A DNA stretch of 64,000 nucleotides from Bacteroidota bacterium (GTDB lineage: Bacteria; Bacteroidota; Bacteroidia; NS11-12g; UBA955): positions 160,200 to 224,199 of the forward strand of contig JAURFW010000001.1 of assembly GCA_030834125.1 (NCBI GenBank), in the 5' to 3' direction. Every line of letters starts with the position of its first letter. The stretch's first letter is position 1. The notes under the pieces were generated by a model, which worked only from the letters and a program-made list of their open reading frames with translations, made no database searches and was not told the origin of the DNA. A program made the position numbers and the translations under genes. Shown here in pieces: positions 61,201 to 64,000 of this stretch.

Positions 61201-62892
61201 ATCAACATCCATCTTATATCGAGACCATTTCAACTTGTAAGGATCATTACCCCATAAAATATTGGGCTTAAGTTCCATATCAGTTCCATAGCAAGCGAAT
61301 GTATCACCAGTGGCCAACTCAACGGTTGGTGGATCTGGCACATCTATTGTATCATAATAAACAGTTGGGCAATTAGCCGAATTATTTACTGTGTGTACAA
61401 AAATGTATTTCCCACCTTTATAAAAAATCATGGTGTCAGTTCGCTTGGTACTGAAAAATAATTCCGATTTACCTGTACTATCTCGAACACTCCATTGATG
61501 CGATGCTTTACCTTGGAAGTTTGCTGGCAATGTTGCAGTCATGGCAAATCGTCCACATTTTAAAGTATCATAATGTCTTTCTGCCTCAGCTCTTGGTTTA
61601 ACTTTCACCTTGAAACTACGAATAGAAATCATTGGAGGTGTACAGTGCTGATCTGTAGCTTTTACCGTAAACGAATACGATACATCACTAGCCTGACCGC
61701 GTTTAGTTTGCCAACAGAATTCATATTCTTTTTCACGTTTCTTTGGGTCTACTACCTCAAATGTTGCTCCTGGAATACCACCATTCCATGTTGCTAAAAC
61801 AGTATCTGGAGTTTTTTGATAAGGATTGAATGTCTCGTCTGTAATCTTAATTTTCTTACATATCTTATCTCCTTCGCAGATATCCCAACTAAATGGTCCA
61901 TTGATTTTAGGTGGTTTGTTGTATCCGCACTCATCAAGTATCCACATTTGCATATCTCGCCGTGTCTTACCAACGATCACCCATTTTCCAGATGTATCTT
62001 TTCTATATTCTGTTTGTTCAATAACCAGAATTGGCACTTCATCACAATCAATGGGCTGTACGATAATATCACCATTTGTTGTGTCAAAGAAAAATCCACG
62101 TGGTGGATCAAGATTTGGTTTTGGGGTACACTTAATAGTAGTTACAGGAATACAAAAAGGGGTCATAGGAATTTGTGGAGAAAATGGAGAGGAGTAATTA
62201 ACTCTGCTCGAAGGCACACTTTGTAAACCGGGTACTAATTGATAAGATATTGAATCAAAATCTACTGTATCAATCGCACCATTATTATAGTACCAAGGAG
62301 TATTGCAGCAAAGGAAACCGACAGGTTCGTTGGATAATTGAGGAGAACTATTACAAGAGTCTCCAGCCTTTGCCACATTACACAAATTAATCATACAAGT
62401 TGTGGCAAAATTATTATTGGATGCTCCTGTAGTAATGGCACCATTTCTACAACACTGTCCTGTCCAAAAGGTAATTTCACAACATGAACTTTTACCTACC
62501 AAGTTCTTTAAGGGAGCTGTGTTGAAATCTATAGTAACTTCGAAGGTATGCTCTTCAACACCTTTACCTTGGCTAGCCGTATTAGGACTTCCACAAGGCG
62601 CAGATGCAGAGGTACAACGTGTTGATACGTCTCGAATACCAGTTCTTTTTACACCACCGATACTTCCGCCACCGCATCCATTTCCTCCTGCAGTACCTGC
62701 ATAATAATTCAGACCGATACCTCCAAGAGAGATTCCTCTACAATCTCGATAGATTTTAAATACAATTTTATATTTGCCATTACCTAAACAGGTATACTGC
62801 ATGTCTGCACCCATCATGTGCGAAGCATTACTCCCACGAGCGGCAAATAATAAAACAAAAAATAAAAGGAAATTTCGTAGTATTCTCTTCAT
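58258..62892 (-). CDS. giant (1544 aa) Cys-rich cell-surface protein with T9SS type B C-terminal sorting domain (gliding motility-associated CTD, TIGR04131-like)
   Basis: A signal peptide is present, and the N-terminal 200 aa are Cys-rich. 'GPD-x2-3-[IL]C' modules recur. The C-terminal ~90 aa read 'VFIPDVFTPDQQG...NRWGEKLF...GWDGNDKTG...GVYVYHVVI', matching the CHU_C/SprB-type CTD. Confidence 0.7.
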   Translation of the reverse strand: MKRILRNFLLFFVLLFAARGSNASHMMGADMQYTCLGNGKYKIVFKIYRDCRGISLGGIGLNYYAGTAGGNGCGGGSIGGVKRTGIRDVSTRCTSASAPCGSPNTASQGKGVEEHTFEVTIDFNTAPLKNLVGKSSCCEITFWTGQCCRNGAITTGASNNNFATTCMINLCNVAKAGDSCNSSPQLSNEPVGFLCCNTPWYYNNGAIDTVDFDSISYQLVPGLQSVPSSRVNYSSPFSPQIPMTPFCIPVTTIKCTPKPNLDPPRGFFFDTTNGDIIVQPIDCDEVPILVIEQTEYRKDTSGKWVIVGKTRRDMQMWILDECGYNKPPKINGPFSWDICEGDKICKKIKITDETFNPYQKTPDTVLATWNGGIPGATFEVVDPKKREKEYEFCWQTKRGQASDVSYSFTVKATDQHCTPPMISIRSFKVKVKPRAEAERHYDTLKCGRFAMTATLPANFQGKASHQWSVRDSTGKSELFFSTKRTDTMIFYKGGKYIFVHTVNNSANCPTVYYDTIDVPDPPTVELATGDTFACYGTDMELKPNILWGNDPYKLKWSRYKMDVDSAGEYTLKNLLHIDGDTNNTLLVKNITSDSAIEIQVTDEDGCIFYDTAIIFLKPLPIVDLGPDKRICTYESQMFDAQNNDTVDYVWSTGDTTQIVYFNEEDNYWVKVTERDWGCVQFDTVRLDVNDTVVSIAGPDLVICNEDVIKLVADHRPIATTGSYVWTNLTQGQVLGTDMVYDVSPRNTNANGGSDQTFKYELYTKVTEGGHTCEHKDTMEILVHTLPIVKWSKNPLPSQCYDYGDILLNSFLNVGETAGVRIWGGSLYNPDNYVDSQTETRHLFLTSTLDNSLLQNGKNFREKIYGWYQDGNGCINKDSTIQIINGNPIIELVPKIYCQDLGQVSMDNNVKRPATKTGITMDWVAREVPAGVDSASVVQNLNPWGTPDWQFLFGDPTEDYYMGRYHYELCVTDILTQCRSCDTVSNVVIGEPNVKVLSPDPVCVNWDTIDLNQYVTVNGQAATNGDGGWYEVPEVNFSRTHAKVGMTLTDGHMFPPGEGPGTFLIRYSNNGTGCLKTDSFYVFVNDTPDAVLLSPLTLCSSGPDLDLNTRIDMTQTRPSSGTASWTGQYVTGNKFTPTTTLTSNIEGPYNVKLAYTDGNGCADTEIYVLQVRTQPEINITTVNPYPQCENSPFPVQSESKWSNNNVNWQVINGSDGSIDDNSSENIVYTHGTGDAVNRQAFLKVTTVPITNDVCPPVSDSIQIIIHPYPELDPLSSFNGCVPLSTNWEVIETKGIPQSQLSYLWTFGNGDSSQLQYPTGITYPTQGKYTINVTVTNNTPDGGTCATTITGVDNVEAYPNPKAYFETDPSFSTTVALPKFTMINKSSVEQLPFSPSLSYVWDFGTGDPNDTMMSENPRFAYSRDTGLYNITLYVTTSNGCKDTFTRKVHIGPDIIVFIPDVFTPDQQGPTQNERFNPVATNFKTFQMLIFNRWGEKLFETEDPNLGWDGNDKTGEPCQSGVYVYHVVITSFEDKEYVYNGTITLLR

Positions 62893-63169
62893 ATAAACTC
62901 TTTTGATTCTTTCATTATTGACACAAAGAAGTTTGTGTGTGTTGTCCCAAAGTTAATAAATTTGCTTTTCATTTTGGATAAAACCCGTAGTTTCCGAATG
63001 AGAGAAAAATATCAAGACAATGATGTTGTAGATAAAGGAAAATTAACAACATTTATTTAAATTATTGATTTTCATTACTTTAAATTCTTTTTTGACCAAT
63101 TTTTTTTTTTGAAATTTAATTGTAGCAATTAATCAGTGTAAATTCGTTGAATTAAAAACTGACATTTCT

Positions 63170-64000
63170 ATGAAATACTCATCAATATCAAGTAATCTAT
63201 TTATAAAAAATAGATCTAAACTAGCTAGTAAATTACCTTCCGGGAGTATTGCCATTTTACATAGTAATTTCGAAACTCCTAGAAATGGGGATGCCTTTTT
63301 TGCTTTTCGCCAGCAGAGTGATGTATTCTACTTAAGCGGAGTGGATCAAGAGGATACGATTGTTGTTTTATTTCCTGATTGTCCCAACCCGAATTTTCGT
63401 GAATTCATTTTTGTTAAAGAGACCAATGAGAAAATCGCTGTTTGGGATGGTGCAAGATTAACGCCAAATCAGGTATACGAGGTTTCAGGTATTCAAAATG
63501 TTTTTTGGTATCATGAATTTTGGCAAACTATACATTCCGTAATACTCATGGCCGAAAAAATCATGGTCAATTTAAATGAGAATGATCGATTTTTAAGTGA
63601 AGTTAGCTATTCAAATTATTGGTTAACGGAAAAGCTGAAAAATAAATACCCAGCACATCAATTCAGAAGGCTTGCACCTATCCTTTCTAATCTAAGAATG
63701 CAAAAAGAGGTTGAAGAAATTGAACTTCTTAAGAAAGCAATTGATATTACATATAATGGATTTTTACGTGCATTAAAATTTGTGAAGCCTGGAGTAATGG
63801 AATATGAAGTTGAAGCTGAAATTATTCACGAATTTGTCAGAAATAGAAGTAAAGGATTTGCATTTGATCCAATTATTGCTTCCGGAGAAAGTGCATGTGT
63901 GTTGCATTACATCGAGAATAACAAACAATGTAAAGATGGTGATCTAATGTTACTCGATTTTGGAGCTGAATATGCAAATTACAATGGAGACTTAACGCGT
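63170..64000 (+). CDS. Xaa-Pro aminopeptidase (M24B), 3' end outside the window
   Basis: The frame is open from ATG 63170 to the window end. The AMP_N domain is followed by the creatinase/prolidase core beginning '...LMLLDFGAEYANYNGDLTR' (metal-binding D.GAEY...D). Confidence 0.7.
   Translation, partial: MKYSSISSNLFIKNRSKLASKLPSGSIAILHSNFETPRNGDAFFAFRQQSDVFYLSGVDQEDTIVVLFPDCPNPNFREFIFVKETNEKIAVWDGARLTPNQVYEVSGIQNVFWYHEFWQTIHSVILMAEKIMVNLNENDRFLSEVSYSNYWLTEKLKNKYPAHQFRRLAPILSNLRMQKEVEEIELLKKAIDITYNGFLRALKFVKPGVMEYEVEAEIIHEFVRNRSKGFAFDPIIASGESACVLHYIENNKQCKDGDLMLLDFGAEYANYNGDLTR

Noticed and set aside
62928-62943. (TG)4-5 dinucleotide run in the 5' UTR region of the giant surface-protein gene
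   Set aside because: Too short to be a credible contingency-locus repeat.
63101-63111. T11 homopolymer in the divergent region between the giant surface-protein gene and the aminopeptidase gene (possible slipped-strand phase variation)
   Set aside because: The tract ends in the candidate -33 TTG, so length changes would not alter promoter spacing. It is 200 bp from the adhesin start, and I see no evidence of variability from a single sequence.
1-64000. CRISPR arrays, integrases, transposases, toxin-antitoxin or restriction-modification genes
   Set aside because: I scanned both strands and the ORF track. I found no direct-repeat/spacer array and no recombinase, transposase or defence-type domain apart from the housekeeping YraN nuclease.

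Overview
This is an AT-rich chromosomal segment with Bacteroidota (Flavobacteriia-like) gene content: it lacks Shine-Dalgarno sequences and carries TTG..TAnnTTTG-type promoters. Most of it is tightly packed housekeeping genes: guaA, the yceD-rpmF-plsX-fabH cluster, topA, uvrA, purB, clpB, the thrS-infC-rpmI-rplT cluster, fmt, rplU-rpmA, folC, lipB and the C-terminal part of cinA. It also holds two tRNAs, tRNA-Leu(CAA) and tRNA-Ser(GCU).

The most coherent system is a complete core operon of the type IX secretion / gliding-motility machinery, porP(sprF-like)-gldK-gldL-gldM-gldN, all on the minus strand at 7096..13589. A sigma-54-dependent response regulator is divergently transcribed from it. 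Two probable T9SS cargo genes lie in the same window. One is an M43 pappalysin-like zinc metalloprotease with a type A (Por) C-terminal sorting domain. The other is a 1544-aa Cys-rich giant surface protein whose C-terminus matches the type B (gliding motility-associated) sorting domain.

The less-explained items are:
- a 631-aa protein with a GT51 peptidoglycan transglycosylase domain at its C-terminus behind an unknown ~430-aa N-terminal region;
- a LemA-TPM-TPM cluster whose Gly-rich tail is encoded antisense to the Ala/Ser/Thr-rich tail of a convergent GT-C membrane protein, a 192-bp convergent overlap;
- an ECF sigma factor with an atypical strong Shine-Dalgarno sequence and a small soluble downstream ORF;
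- ATTGAA/TTCAAT inverted repeats in the porP/regulator intergenic region;
- a perfect 10-bp hairpin upstream of the rplU promoter.

I saw no CRISPR array, integrase, transposase or obvious defence-island content. I had no tools, so every call rests on reading the translations, motifs and DNA by eye. Start codons, especially those of gldK, porP, yceD, purB, uvrA and the alpha/beta hydrolase, are adjusted by inference.
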